Shown: one piece after another, positions 18,887 to 28,004 of the stretch
How positions within the stretch are numbered: position 1 is the stretch's first letter
Layout: each line of letters starts with the position of its first letter
Sequence record: MZ779063.1
Source: Staphylococcus phage vB_SauM-UFV_DC4
Reading direction: 5' to 3' (one strand)
Length of the DNA stretch: 64,000 nucleotides
Notes under the pieces: model-generated
Told to the model about the DNA's origin: nothing
What the model saw: only the letters and a program-made list of their open reading frames with translations
Databases searched by the model: none
Made by a program: the position numbers and the translations under genes

Positions 18887-20196
18887 TGGCTAGATTTTTA
18901 CTTAAGAATAAAGACTTATCAAAATTACCAGTAGTAACAAATCATGAATCAATTGATAAGAAAGGTGATTTCACTGAAGACGGTATCTTCAGTGAGAAAA
19001 TCTTTGGACCTGATTCAGATGTAGATAATATTACAAATGAAGCTATAGTTTATTTAGGTAATAACTATATTATTACACCTTTAGGATATGACAGAATTAA
19101 AAAATTAATAGGTAGAAAAAGATTTGCTGAAATTATTAGTTCTGAAAAACCTATTGATGAAAATGGTAATGTAATTGAACCAGAAGATGACCATAATTCA
19201 TATATTGGTTTAGTTGAATTTAGAAAGAACTTCTTAAAGATTCTTAAAGAAGAAGTTAAACGTGATAAACGTAAAACTAAAGATTACAATAGAGTTGTTC
19301 AATGGTATTTAAATGGAACATTATTCCAAAATTATGTAACTGTATTTAGTCCTAAATTAAGACCGGCTACAGTTAATAAAGCAACTAAGACATTTAGACA
19401 TTCAGAAATTAATAAAGAATTTAATTTATTAATTGCTCATAGTAATAGTCTTAAAGAATTAGATGAACATTATACAGATGATTCAGTTGAACTACAAAAG
19501 TTAAACCTACTTAATAAAATTCAAGATGACAACATGAATATCTATGATCGTATTATCAATGAAAACATTAAAGGTAAAATGGGTACTATTCGTAAATTAA
19601 TTATGGGTAGTCGTGTAGGATATTCAGCTCGTTCAGTAATTGTTCCAGCTCCTGATTTAAAATTAAATGAAATTAGAATGAATTATACAATCTTCTTAGA
19701 AATATACAAACCACTATTAGCTAATTTAATGTATGTAACGGAAAATATTCCATTACCTAAAGCAGAAGAAATATTAGGTAGAGCTTTAGATAACTTTAAT
19801 CCTAAAGTATATAAATATATGAAAGAATTAGTTAACAAAACTGAAGGTGGAATGAGAGTAATTTTGAACCGAAATCCATCTATCTCAGAATCATCAGTTC
19901 AAATATTAAAAATTAAAGATATCATTAGTGATATTGACTCAGCTGTAGTAGGTATTAGTAATAATATACTTGCAGGTATGGGTGCTGACTATGATGGAGA
20001 CACATTGAATATTATAGCTCTCTTCTCAGAAGAGCAATATGATATGTTAAAAGTACAAGATCCAGTCAATCAATTAATATCATATAATGATGGTCTATTT
20101 AATAGAACTTATTCACTTAATAAAGACTCACAGATTGCAGTTTATTTATTAAATAATCCTAAATCAAAAGATGTAAGTATAAAAGCTAGTAAATAG
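18886..20196 (+). CDS. multisubunit RNA polymerase beta' segment carrying catalytic DYDGD motif
   Basis: [30 protein letters not shown] matches RpoC [53 protein letters not shown] matches [23 protein letters not shown]. Confidence 0.8.
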   Translation: [436 protein letters not shown]

Positions 20197-20204
20197 ATTT
20201 TTTA

Positions 20205-20237
20205 GAATAACGGTCTTATCAGATCGTTATTCTTATT
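20205..20237 (+). terminator. rho-independent terminator (aataacggtc..gatcgttatt)
   Basis: stem plus T-rich tail. Confidence 0.45.
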
Positions 20238-20258
20238 AAATAAATATGACTGGAGACA

Positions 20259-20897
20259 TTGACCATGAACAAAAGACAAAGAAAGAAATTAGAGAAGAAA
20301 AAATTAGAAGAACAAAGTAACGAAAAAATTATAGATTTGCCAAAATTAAAAGAAGAAAAGGATGAAGTTAAAATGAATAAAGAAGTTAAAAGAGAAGGAT
20401 CTTACAAGAAATTAACTAAGGAACAAGTACATTATATTGCAGAATTAATTGACAAAGGACACGGAAACACTTATATTTTAAAAGAACTTAAAGCTAAGTT
20501 TGGTATTGACCGTAAATCACATTCAATCACACATATTAGACGTGGTGAACATCCTACATTTAAAGCACTTACAGATGACAATTATCAATTTGCTGAAGTG
20601 GGATATCCTACATTTAATGAATACAAAAAGATTTTACGTGGAGAAGTTAAACCTAAAAGTAAAACACGTGTAAAAGCTGAAGAAAAGGTTAATAAAGTAA
20701 AAGAATCACCAGTAGTAGAAAAATTATCTAATGTTACAGAAGAAAAAGTAGAACAAGTAAAAGAAAAAATGAGTAATATTCAAAAAGATAAAGAAACTGG
20801 TAAAGAATATCGTGATAAAGAAAGTATTCATAAAGCAGGTAAACCTCAAGAAACTATCTTTGATAAGATTATCAAACGTGTTTTAAATATTTTATAA
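20259..20897 (+). CDS. basic K/E-rich protein with possible HTH (putative DNA-binding/regulator)
   Basis: LTKEQVHYIAELIDKGHGNTYILKELKAKFGIDRKSHSITHIRRGE helix-turn-helix-like segment. Confidence 0.4.
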   Translation: MTMNKRQRKKLEKKKLEEQSNEKIIDLPKLKEEKDEVKMNKEVKREGSYKKLTKEQVHYIAELIDKGHGNTYILKELKAKFGIDRKSHSITHIRRGEHPTFKALTDDNYQFAEVGYPTFNEYKKILRGEVKPKSKTRVKAEEKVNKVKESPVVEKLSNVTEEKVEQVKEKMSNIQKDKETGKEYRDKESIHKAGKPQETIFDKIIKRVLNIL

Positions 20898-20915
20898 TAG
20901 AAAAGATGATAAGAA

Positions 20916-21968
20916 ATGTCCAAATATGATTTAACTTTATATCATCATTTAAAACAAGAAGTAAAACCATGTAGATTAACAACTTCACAGGATGAGACAA
21001 TGATACGTTGTCCATTCTGTGGAGATTCTAAAAAATCTAAAAGTTCAACACATTTATATATACAAAATAGAACTCCATTTAAATATTTCTGTCAAAGATG
21101 TAATGCTTCCGGAGTTATGAGTAATAAAGTTTTAGCTATGTTAAATAGTGGTAATGTAGAAATAAATAGTTATATTAATAATCAATATAATGAATATATT
21201 TCTAATATGAATAAAAAGTATGGTAAATCTTTTATCAATAGAAATACAAAGGAATTAAAATACTACCCAAATAAATATACCGATTTAGAAATAAGCAAGA
21301 TTAATTATATTAATGAAAGATTGGGTATTAACATAGATGAGAAGGATATTGAATTATATAAGATTATTTTAAATATAGAAGATTTTTATAAGAATAATGA
21401 ATTTGATATAGATAATCAATATCAAATAAATAATCTTAATAATAATTATTTTAGTTATATGTTGAACGATAAGAACACTATTAATTGTAGATTAATGAAT
21501 AGTGACACATTTGGGGCTAATGGGAAGAAACATTTTAAACAAAAAATATTTAAGAATTTAGCTGATGAAAGTACTAGATTTTATTCAATTAAAAATGAAT
21601 TAAGATTGGATAGAAGAGTATATAATATTCATATAGCTGAAGGATTCTTTGATATATTGGGGATATTTAATCATGTGTATAATAAAGAAATAAATGACAA
21701 TGATATATTTATAGCTAATAACGGAAAAGGTTATAAATTTGTATTAAATTATCTAAATAGTTTAGGTATACTTAATATGAATATAAATATTTATTCCGAT
21801 AGAGATGTTAAAATTACTGATTATCGCAGTAAGAGAATGCTCGGTAATTCGCTACCAGTAATTTTAAATGATGCTAATATATATTATAATGAATTTGAAG
21901 ATGAGAAAGATTTTGGGGTAACAAAAGATAAAATAAAATTATCAGAACCAATTAAGTTTAATCAATAA
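20916..21968 (+). CDS. DnaG-type DNA primase (zinc ribbon + TOPRIM)
   Basis: CPFCGDS..17..CQRC zinc ribbon; TOPRIM HIAEGFFDILGIF (cf. DnaG VEGYMDV) and YSDRDV DxD motif. Confidence 0.6.
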   Translation: MSKYDLTLYHHLKQEVKPCRLTTSQDETMIRCPFCGDSKKSKSSTHLYIQNRTPFKYFCQRCNASGVMSNKVLAMLNSGNVEINSYINNQYNEYISNMNKKYGKSFINRNTKELKYYPNKYTDLEISKINYINERLGINIDEKDIELYKIILNIEDFYKNNEFDIDNQYQINNLNNNYFSYMLNDKNTINCRLMNSDTFGANGKKHFKQKIFKNLADESTRFYSIKNELRLDRRVYNIHIAEGFFDILGIFNHVYNKEINDNDIFIANNGKGYKFVLNYLNSLGILNMNINIYSDRDVKITDYRSKRMLGNSLPVILNDANIYYNEFEDEKDFGVTKDKIKLSEPIKFNQ

Positions 21969-21970
21969 AT

Positions 21971-22018
21971 AAATTTATATTATAAAAGTGAGGTAATGGA
22001 TATTATATTCATTACCTC
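21971..22018 (+). promoter_or_regulatory. promoter-like motif aaatttatattataaaagtg + hairpin gaggtaatgga..ttcattacctc
   Basis: motif copy; same stem family as 15940-15970 with compensatory change. Confidence 0.45.
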
Positions 22019-22045
22019 TAATATTATTTACACTAGGAGAGTGAA

Positions 22046-22552
22046 TTGGATATGGCAAAAGAAATTTTTAGTTCAGAAGATATTTTTAAGGATTTAACAG
22101 ATTTTCACACAGAAAGTAGATTAGAGGAATTTAGTCACAAGAATATTTTAACATCTTTATTAGAAAATGCAGATAGTAAAAATAATTTAGAAAAAATAAT
22201 ATTGATTCTATCTATAAATATTAATTCATCTTTAAAAAATTTAAATTCTATTGAAGATGAAATGATAGATGTTTTTAGTAAAGAAATAGATATTAAGAAA
22301 GATAAAGATAATATTGATTTGCTATTAAAAAATCTTAGAAATGTTAAAGATAATTCAAGTATGGAAGACATTAAAGAATATTTAGTATTAGAAGTATCTT
22401 TAGATGAGATTATTGATAAAATTAATAAAGATGATTTTTATAATGAAGAAGTAAAAGATTTATATCTTAAATTCTATAATAATCTTTCTATTTTAATTAT
22501 ATCTTTTAAATTGTTAACATTCTATAATGGTTTTAATAATGTAGTATCTTAA
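22046..22552 (+). CDS. hypothetical protein
   Basis: 168 aa, AGGAGAG SD. Confidence 0.5.
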   Translation: MDMAKEIFSSEDIFKDLTDFHTESRLEEFSHKNILTSLLENADSKNNLEKIILILSININSSLKNLNSIEDEMIDVFSKEIDIKKDKDNIDLLLKNLRNVKDNSSMEDIKEYLVLEVSLDEIIDKINKDDFYNEEVKDLYLKFYNNLSILIISFKLLTFYNGFNNVVS

Positions 22553-22572
22553 TTAAATTTAATATAAGGAGA

Positions 22573-23202
22573 ATGATTAGAATGAGAGATAAATTTTTAT
22601 TATTTGAAAATGATGATAATAGCATGTATATGCTATTATCAAATTTTAAATTCAATAAAGAAATTAAAATAGATTATACACATGATATAAAAAATATCGA
22701 TGATGTTCCTAAGTATTTTAATAAAGGAATAAAGAGATTTAAAATGAGATATGACTTTCATTCAGGTCATATTATTAGACAAGATGAATTTTACAACTAC
22801 ATGGATAATTTAGATGCTGATTTTAAAAATTCAAATGCTAAAGCTTTAGAGAAAATAACTTTCTCTAATCTTATTAGTGATGATAAAATCAATATAGTAT
22901 ATACAGGTAAGAAAGATGATAATAATAAAATTGTAAAAACTAATATTTACTTTATTGTCCCTGTTAGTATTGCTTCTGAAGAAATAAATTCAAATCTAAT
23001 ATCTTTAGATATTACAGCTATGAATAAAAGATTAAATGATGTTTATAAATCTGAAACAACTAATCAGAAACTATTAGGAATAAAACCTAGTGTTACAAAT
23101 ATCAATATTATTGATAGACAAAATAAAATTATTAATGAATACTTTAGAGATATAGGAGTAGATTATAACTTTATTAATGATTTTAGTAAATCAGAAGAAT
23201 AA
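22573..23202 (+). CDS. hypothetical protein
   Basis: 209 aa, AAGGAGAA SD. Confidence 0.5.
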   Translation: MIRMRDKFLLFENDDNSMYMLLSNFKFNKEIKIDYTHDIKNIDDVPKYFNKGIKRFKMRYDFHSGHIIRQDEFYNYMDNLDADFKNSNAKALEKITFSNLISDDKINIVYTGKKDDNNKIVKTNIYFIVPVSIASEEINSNLISLDITAMNKRLNDVYKSETTNQKLLGIKPSVTNINIIDRQNKIINEYFRDIGVDYNFINDFSKSEE

Positions 23203-23216
23203 AGGAGGATATATTT

Positions 23217-23948
23217 ATGATTGAAGAAGCTTTTAAATTGAATTTCATAAGTCTAATATTAAATATACCTTACTTTTTAATATCAATTTACTTATTTTAT
23301 TATTTTTATACTTACAAGAAAATTAAAAATAATAAAGATGATATATACGATGTAGCACCAGTAGCTTTTACAAGTTATTTGAGTATAATAATTATAATTA
23401 TACTCAAATTATCTACTAATAGTTTATCTCAATATGGTAATTTGATATATCATCCTTTTAAAATATTTACTTTAATTATAGTAGGTTTGATGATGTATGT
23501 TGTACTGGATGCTTCATTATTTATATTTGATAAGATGAAAAGCTCATTAAAGATATTCATTGTATTGAATATCTTTTTAATTGCATTATTAATATCTGAT
23601 TCATTATTGTTTAATATGATTATTATGATAGTTATATCAATTCTATTAATTTTGACTTCATTATACTTTACAGTTGATCATTTAGATAGTAAAGATAAAT
23701 ATGTAAAAATAACTTTTTGCACATTCTTTACTTTATTCCCTCTATTTTTATCACTGTTAGTTATAAATATGGATGTAATTAAATTTAACTTAATAGATGT
23801 TAATACTAATAATAAAATTGATAATATGCATTTAGTTATAATTGTGCAAATAATTTTACTAATATGGAACTTAGCAGTAATGATATTCAAAATATTTAAT
23901 ATCAATATATACACCGTTATATCAGAAGTATTTAAAAGAAATAAATGA
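23217..23948 (+). CDS. polytopic membrane protein (~7 TM)
   Basis: 243 aa, repeated hydrophobic helices; AAGGAGGA SD. Confidence 0.55.
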   Translation: MIEEAFKLNFISLILNIPYFLISIYLFYYFYTYKKIKNNKDDIYDVAPVAFTSYLSIIIIIILKLSTNSLSQYGNLIYHPFKIFTLIIVGLMMYVVLDASLFIFDKMKSSLKIFIVLNIFLIALLISDSLLFNMIIMIVISILLILTSLYFTVDHLDSKDKYVKITFCTFFTLFPLFLSLLVINMDVIKFNLIDVNTNNKIDNMHLVIIVQIILLIWNLAVMIFKIFNINIYTVISEVFKRNK

Positions 23949-23950
23949 AT

Positions 23951-24010
23951 ATTAGGATAATGATCAAATTAATGGTCATTATCCTAATATTATTTTCTTT
24001 TTTTTGTAAC
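23951..24010 (+). terminator. rho-independent terminator (aggataatgatca..tggtcattatcct + T9)
   Basis: 13-bp stem followed by tttctttttttt. Confidence 0.6.
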
Positions 24011-24059
24011 TACTATTATTTTAGATATATATTATAATTATGAAGGGAGGAATATAATA

Positions 24060-24305
24060 ATGATATTTAATATTCTAATAGCAATTGCATATGAGATGCT
24101 TGTTTCTTTAGGTTTAGGTGTTTCAGCTTTTTATATATCTTTATTTTTATTAAGATATATAAAAAATAATATTATCAAGAAAGAAATTAAAAATGAAAAT
24201 AGAAAGTTATTTTATTTTTCATTATTAATAGTTATAATATTTATGTCAATAAAATCATACGTTGATATAAAATTAAGTATTATAGAACAAATATTGAAAA
24301 TGTAA
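24060..24305 (+). CDS. small membrane protein (2 TM)
   Basis: 81 aa; preceded by motif agatatatattataattatgaag and GGGAGG SD. Confidence 0.45.
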   Translation: MIFNILIAIAYEMLVSLGLGVSAFYISLFLLRYIKNNIIKKEIKNENRKLFYFSLLIVIIFMSIKSYVDIKLSIIEQILKM

Positions 24306-24400
24306 AAAGCGTAACATAAGATATTTTAATTATATATTATAATTATGAAGATATAATAATATTAATTATATCTTTAATAAAAATAAAGGAGAAATTAAAA
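24304..24400 (+). repeat. copy 1 of ~95-bp cassette (aaagcgtaac..atatattataattatgaag + hairpin + SD)
   Basis: highly similar to 25337-25420 and 26034-26133 by direct comparison. Confidence 0.6.
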
Positions 24401-24678
24401 TGACAGAATTTGAAAATGAAATTAAAGTATCAAAAGAGGAGAAGAAGATTAAAAGATTTATTGATCAAGGTATTGATAATTTATCTGATACTGTAGGAGA
24501 GAATATTGAAGGTATTCCATTATCTTTAACTGATTATTTTCCTAAAATAAAGAAATTAATTATTAAATTAATTGATCGAGAAGAAAGTGATGAAATTAAA
24601 ATGACAAATGAATTAGGTGAAGTATTTAAATTTAATAGAACTTCACACGATATTTATTTAACATCAACTAAATTTTAA
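24400..24678 (+). CDS. hypothetical protein
   Basis: 92 aa, AAAGGAGAA SD. Confidence 0.45.
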   Translation: MTEFENEIKVSKEEKKIKRFIDQGIDNLSDTVGENIEGIPLSLTDYFPKIKKLIIKLIDREESDEIKMTNELGEVFKFNRTSHDIYLTSTKF

Positions 24679-24715
24679 TGAAAACTTTCTATGATCCAAC
24701 AATAAAATTAAAGGT

Positions 24716-25348
24716 GTGGTATGTATGATTAAAGTCAATGAGCTATTAACAGAAGTTAAGGAAATAAAAACAAATGACAGTTATACGAAATTAATAAATG
24801 AGTATAGAGATATTATTAATGAAGAATATATATCTTATAAACCGTTAAAAGATTATTACAATTTTATTATATATTATCTAGAGAAATCTAGAAATCAAGC
24901 ATTGGAATCTAACAACTTTAATGAATCCAATTTAAATATCAAATTATTAATAGAAGATCTAATGATATTAAAAGATATTGTTAAATCTAATATTTTTGAT
25001 ACTAAAGAAGTAATCAGATCTACTGGGTTTAAATTAACAAATGGTAGTACATTTGATAGAGTTATCAAATACATTAAAGATAAACTAGATGAATTAATTA
25101 TAGAAATAAATTCAAATAATTATAAATATCAAAATATCTATTTCTATCTACCTGAACTAAATAATCTATTGCATAATACAATTCATATAGAACGTGTTTT
25201 AGATAAATATAAGAATAATGTAGATATTATTAATATAAATAAATATAATTTATTTGAAATGATGCCTTGTAATGATATTATGGATAAAGATGAATTTTAT
25301 ATAATGGTTAATCATTTATATGATTTAGGTGTTTTAGAAAAAGCGTAA
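24716..25348 (+). CDS. hypothetical protein
   Basis: 210 aa; preceded by ttctatgatccaa element. Confidence 0.5.
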   Translation: MVCMIKVNELLTEVKEIKTNDSYTKLINEYRDIINEEYISYKPLKDYYNFIIYYLEKSRNQALESNNFNESNLNIKLLIEDLMILKDIVKSNIFDTKEVIRSTGFKLTNGSTFDRVIKYIKDKLDELIIEINSNNYKYQNIYFYLPELNNLLHNTIHIERVLDKYKNNVDIININKYNLFEMMPCNDIMDKDEFYIMVNHLYDLGVLEKA

Positions 25349-25420
25349 CATGTAATAAAATAAGTATATATTATAATTATGAAGAAAGATAAAGTATTAA
25401 TATCTTTCTAAATAAATCAA
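25337..25420 (+). repeat. copy 2 of promoter/hairpin cassette
   Basis: gaaaaagcgtaacatgtaa..aagtatatattataattatgaagaaagata..tatctttc..ggaggaatttaaa. Confidence 0.6.
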
Positions 25421-25606
25421 ATGGAGGAATTTAAAATGAAAAAGAATTTATTATTAAAATCAGCAGTGGGATTTGGGTTAGGTATTGTATTAGGTGTAGT
25501 AAGTAATAAAATTGATGAAATGGTTATGCAGAAGGAAATGGAAAAGCAAATCTTTAAAAGAGCTTCAGAAATAACTTTTGAACATCCATTCAATAATCTA
25601 AAATAA
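25421..25606 (+). CDS. small membrane peptide (MEEFKMKK..GFGLGIVLGVV..NLK)
   Basis: 61 aa, single TM; paralog of 26134-26238 and 26850-27059. Confidence 0.45.
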   Translation: MEEFKMKKNLLLKSAVGFGLGIVLGVVSNKIDEMVMQKEMEKQIFKRASEITFEHPFNNLK

Positions 25607-25687
25607 AGGAGGAAAGAGGATAATTGTTTTAAAGACCTAATGGACAAGGATCAAGTTCATTAGGTCTATAATTTTCTATGATCCAAA
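25600..25687 (+). repeat. copy 1 of ~88-bp terminator module (aggaggaaagaggataattg..agacctaatg..cattaggtct..ttttctatgatccaaa)
   Basis: highly similar to 26234-26322; contains 13-bp stem. Confidence 0.55.
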
Positions 25688-25709
25688 AAATAAAAAGGAG
25701 CTAAAATCA

Positions 25710-26024
25710 ATGAATAACAAAACTAAATTAGCAGAATTAAGAAAAGAATTAAAAATCGTATATTCGGATATACAATTGAGCAAAACAAGTACTATAGAAG
25801 AAAGACTTCACAAGAAAAAGGAAAGACTAATTAAAGAAATTAATGAACTATTAGAAAAAGATCAAAATGTTTTCGATAGAGAAAAACATATAGCAAAAGT
25901 TAAAGATCAGAATAACGATAACATTCACAAGGGATCAGATGAATTTTCTAAGGCAGGTAGACTCCATAGAAAATATCAGAAGCAAGATAAACACAACATT
26001 TTCAATAATCCAGTACAAGATTAA
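25710..26024 (+). CDS. basic coiled-coil protein with C-terminal SKAGRLH motif
   Basis: 104 aa; paralog of 26536-26841 (shared K[GS]xDx[FY][SA]KAGRLHx). Confidence 0.5.
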   Translation: MNNKTKLAELRKELKIVYSDIQLSKTSTIEERLHKKKERLIKEINELLEKDQNVFDREKHIAKVKDQNNDNIHKGSDEFSKAGRLHRKYQKQDKHNIFNNPVQD

Positions 26025-26033
26025 AAAGTTGAA

Positions 26034-26133
26034 TTTGAAAAAGCGTAACGTAAGATATTTTAATTATATATTATAATAATGAAGAAAGAGATTATCATTA
26101 ACTCTTTCTAATAAATTAAAAGGAGAAATTATT
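26034..26133 (+). repeat. copy 3 of promoter/hairpin cassette
   Basis: gaaaaagcgtaacgtaagatattttaattatatattataataatgaagaaagag..ctctttc. Confidence 0.6.
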
Positions 26134-26238
26134 ATGAAAAACTTAGTATTGAAATTAGTAGCAGGATTTGGATTAGGAATTGTGATGGCAGTTGTTTTAG
26201 ACAAGATTGAAGAAATGACGTTCTCTAATTTAAAATAA
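26134..26238 (+). CDS. small membrane peptide (MKNLVLKLVAGFGLGIVMAVV..SNLK)
   Basis: 34 aa, not in ORF track; SD AAAGGAGAA; paralog of 25421-25606. Confidence 0.4.
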   Translation: MKNLVLKLVAGFGLGIVMAVVLDKIEEMTFSNLK

Positions 26239-26322
26239 AGGAGGAAAGAGGATAATTGATTTAAAGACCTAATGAACATAATGGATCAAGTTCATTAGGT
26301 CTATAATTTTCTATGATCCAAA
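26234..26322 (+). repeat. copy 2 of terminator module
   Basis: near-identical to 25600-25687 with perfect stem agacctaatgaac/gttcattaggtct. Confidence 0.55.
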
Positions 26323-26352
26323 CTAAAACTAAAAATAAAAAGGAGAAATTAA

Positions 26353-26529
26353 AATGTTAGAATTAAATGGAATTGAATTTGTAAATGAAAAGGAAATTAA
26401 AGAAGAGGAATTATTATTTAATTATTCAGATGAAGCAAGATATCCATCTGAACAGGCTTATAGAGAAGTAGATTTAATCATTGAGAGCTTCGACAATACA
26501 GCTTTCGGATTAAGAAAATGGGGAGTGTA
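26353..26529 (+). CDS. hypothetical small acidic protein
   Basis: 58 aa ORF with AAAAGGAGAA SD; not in ORF track. Confidence 0.3.
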
Positions 26530-26535
26530 ATTAAA

Positions 26536-26841
26536 ATGGTCAGAGAAGAAAAAATCAAACAAATGAAACAAGAATTACAAGCAATTTTAGACAAAGAAAT
26601 TAGGTTTAATGGTAAACCAATTTCAAATAAACAATTTGAGAGAAAATTAGAACTAATGAAACAAATAGAAAAGTTAAAATTTGACATTAGATCAGAAAGA
26701 TATCTGAGAAATGTCAAAAAGAATAAAATCACTGAGTTTAAGGGTAAAAGTGATTATGCGAAAGCAGGAAGACTACATCAATCTTTCCAAAGTAAAGAAG
26801 AGCATAAAATATGGAAAGACGATTTATTAGTAATTCAATAA
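26536..26841 (+). CDS. basic coiled-coil protein with C-terminal AKAGRLH motif (start ATG 26536)
   Basis: paralog of 25710-26024; ORF track extends to GTG/ATG 26518. Confidence 0.5.
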   Translation: MVREEKIKQMKQELQAILDKEIRFNGKPISNKQFERKLELMKQIEKLKFDIRSERYLRNVKKNKITEFKGKSDYAKAGRLHQSFQSKEEHKIWKDDLLVIQ

Positions 26842-26849
26842 TATATTAA

Positions 26850-27059
26850 ATGGAGGAATTTAAAATGAAAAAGATTATTAAATTAAAAACTGAGTATGCA
26901 TTAATTTTAGGAATGTTAGTTGGACTATTATTAGGATTATTAACTATGAATTTCTTTTTAGCGTTAGATATTATGTTCATGACAACTTTAGCATTTGTAG
27001 GTATGAATCATTATATCGGTGAAAAAAGAATGAATAATAGAAAAGGGGAAGTAAATTAA
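26850..27059 (+). CDS. small membrane protein (MEEFKMKK.. 2 TM)
   Basis: 69 aa; GGAGGAATTTAAA SD identical to 25421 gene. Confidence 0.45.
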   Translation: MEEFKMKKIIKLKTEYALILGMLVGLLLGLLTMNFFLALDIMFMTTLAFVGMNHYIGEKRMNNRKGEVN

Positions 27060-27060
27060 T

Positions 27061-27255
27061 ATGCAGAATAAAATTAAGATAAAACCATGGATAGTATTTT
27101 GGACCGTATTTATTATTGGATTTATAGTTGGAGAAATTCTAGGTTATGTAGAAGGTAAATCATTGTTTGTAGGTATCGTATCAGCATTTATTTGTTTAGG
27201 AATTAATTATATGGTTGGAGAAATTAGAAGAGATATTATTAGAAATAGAAAATAA
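27061..27255 (+). CDS. small membrane protein (2 TM)
   Basis: 64 aa hydrophobic. Confidence 0.4.
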   Translation: MQNKIKIKPWIVFWTVFIIGFIVGEILGYVEGKSLFVGIVSAFICLGINYMVGEIRRDIIRNRK

Positions 27256-27474
27256 AAATTAATTAAATTATAAGGAGTTGAATTGGATATGTTATTAGAA
27301 AACTTCATTACAATTATCGTGTTACTTGGCTTAATGAAATTTACAGGTTGTTTCAAATTTATGAAAGAAATCTGGTCTAACAAAGGTAACAAATAGCAAT
27401 AAAAGAGTGGATTATTTTCTATGATCCACTCTACATATTTAAATTAAAAAAAAAAACGAAAAGAGGAAATTAAA

Positions 27475-27981
27475 ATGAAAAAATTATTAATGACATTAGC
27501 ATCAATCGCTTTAATCGCAGTTATCGGAGCAGCAGGGATATTTGGTTATAGTAGTTTTAAAAGCTTAACAGTCAATAAAGAAGATAGTAAGACTGAAGAA
27601 GTATCTAAAAAGAAAGAAGACAAAAAAGAAAAGAAAGAACAAGAAGAATCAGATAATGTAGAAGTAAATCAACAACAAGATCAAACTCAAGAAGTAAATA
27701 ATAATGAACGACAAAATCAAACTACAGAAGATAATAATACAAATGTACAACAAAATCAACAACAAGAACCAGTAGTTGAAGAGAAAACTCAAGTAACAGA
27801 TAATGAAGGTAATAATATAGATGATATGGATTCAGAAGAATTTATTTCTAAATATACGGAAGGAATGGATGAAGAAGAAGCTCAAACAGTAAAAGACATG
27901 GCTGAAGAAGATTCAGGATATGAAGATTTCTTACGTGGACAAGTAGAAGCTAGACAAAATGGTCAAGGCGGAAATTACTAA
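27475..27981 (+). CDS. membrane-anchored Q/N/E-rich protein, paralog 1
   Basis: MKKLLMTLASIALIAVIGAAGIFGYSSFK N-terminal anchor then low-complexity acidic region. Confidence 0.55.
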   Translation: MKKLLMTLASIALIAVIGAAGIFGYSSFKSLTVNKEDSKTEEVSKKKEDKKEKKEQEESDNVEVNQQQDQTQEVNNNERQNQTTEDNNTNVQQNQQQEPVVEEKTQVTDNEGNNIDDMDSEEFISKYTEGMDEEEAQTVKDMAEEDSGYEDFLRGQVEARQNGQGGNY

Positions 27982-28004
27982 TAAGAAGAAAAGAGTGAAA
28001 TGAA

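Noticed and set aside
25417-26732. Minus-strand ORFs (25417-25647, 26064-26279, 26478-26732) in the duplicated cassette region
   Set aside because: They overlap plus-strand peptide genes and repeat modules, and they mirror each other only because the underlying DNA is duplicated.
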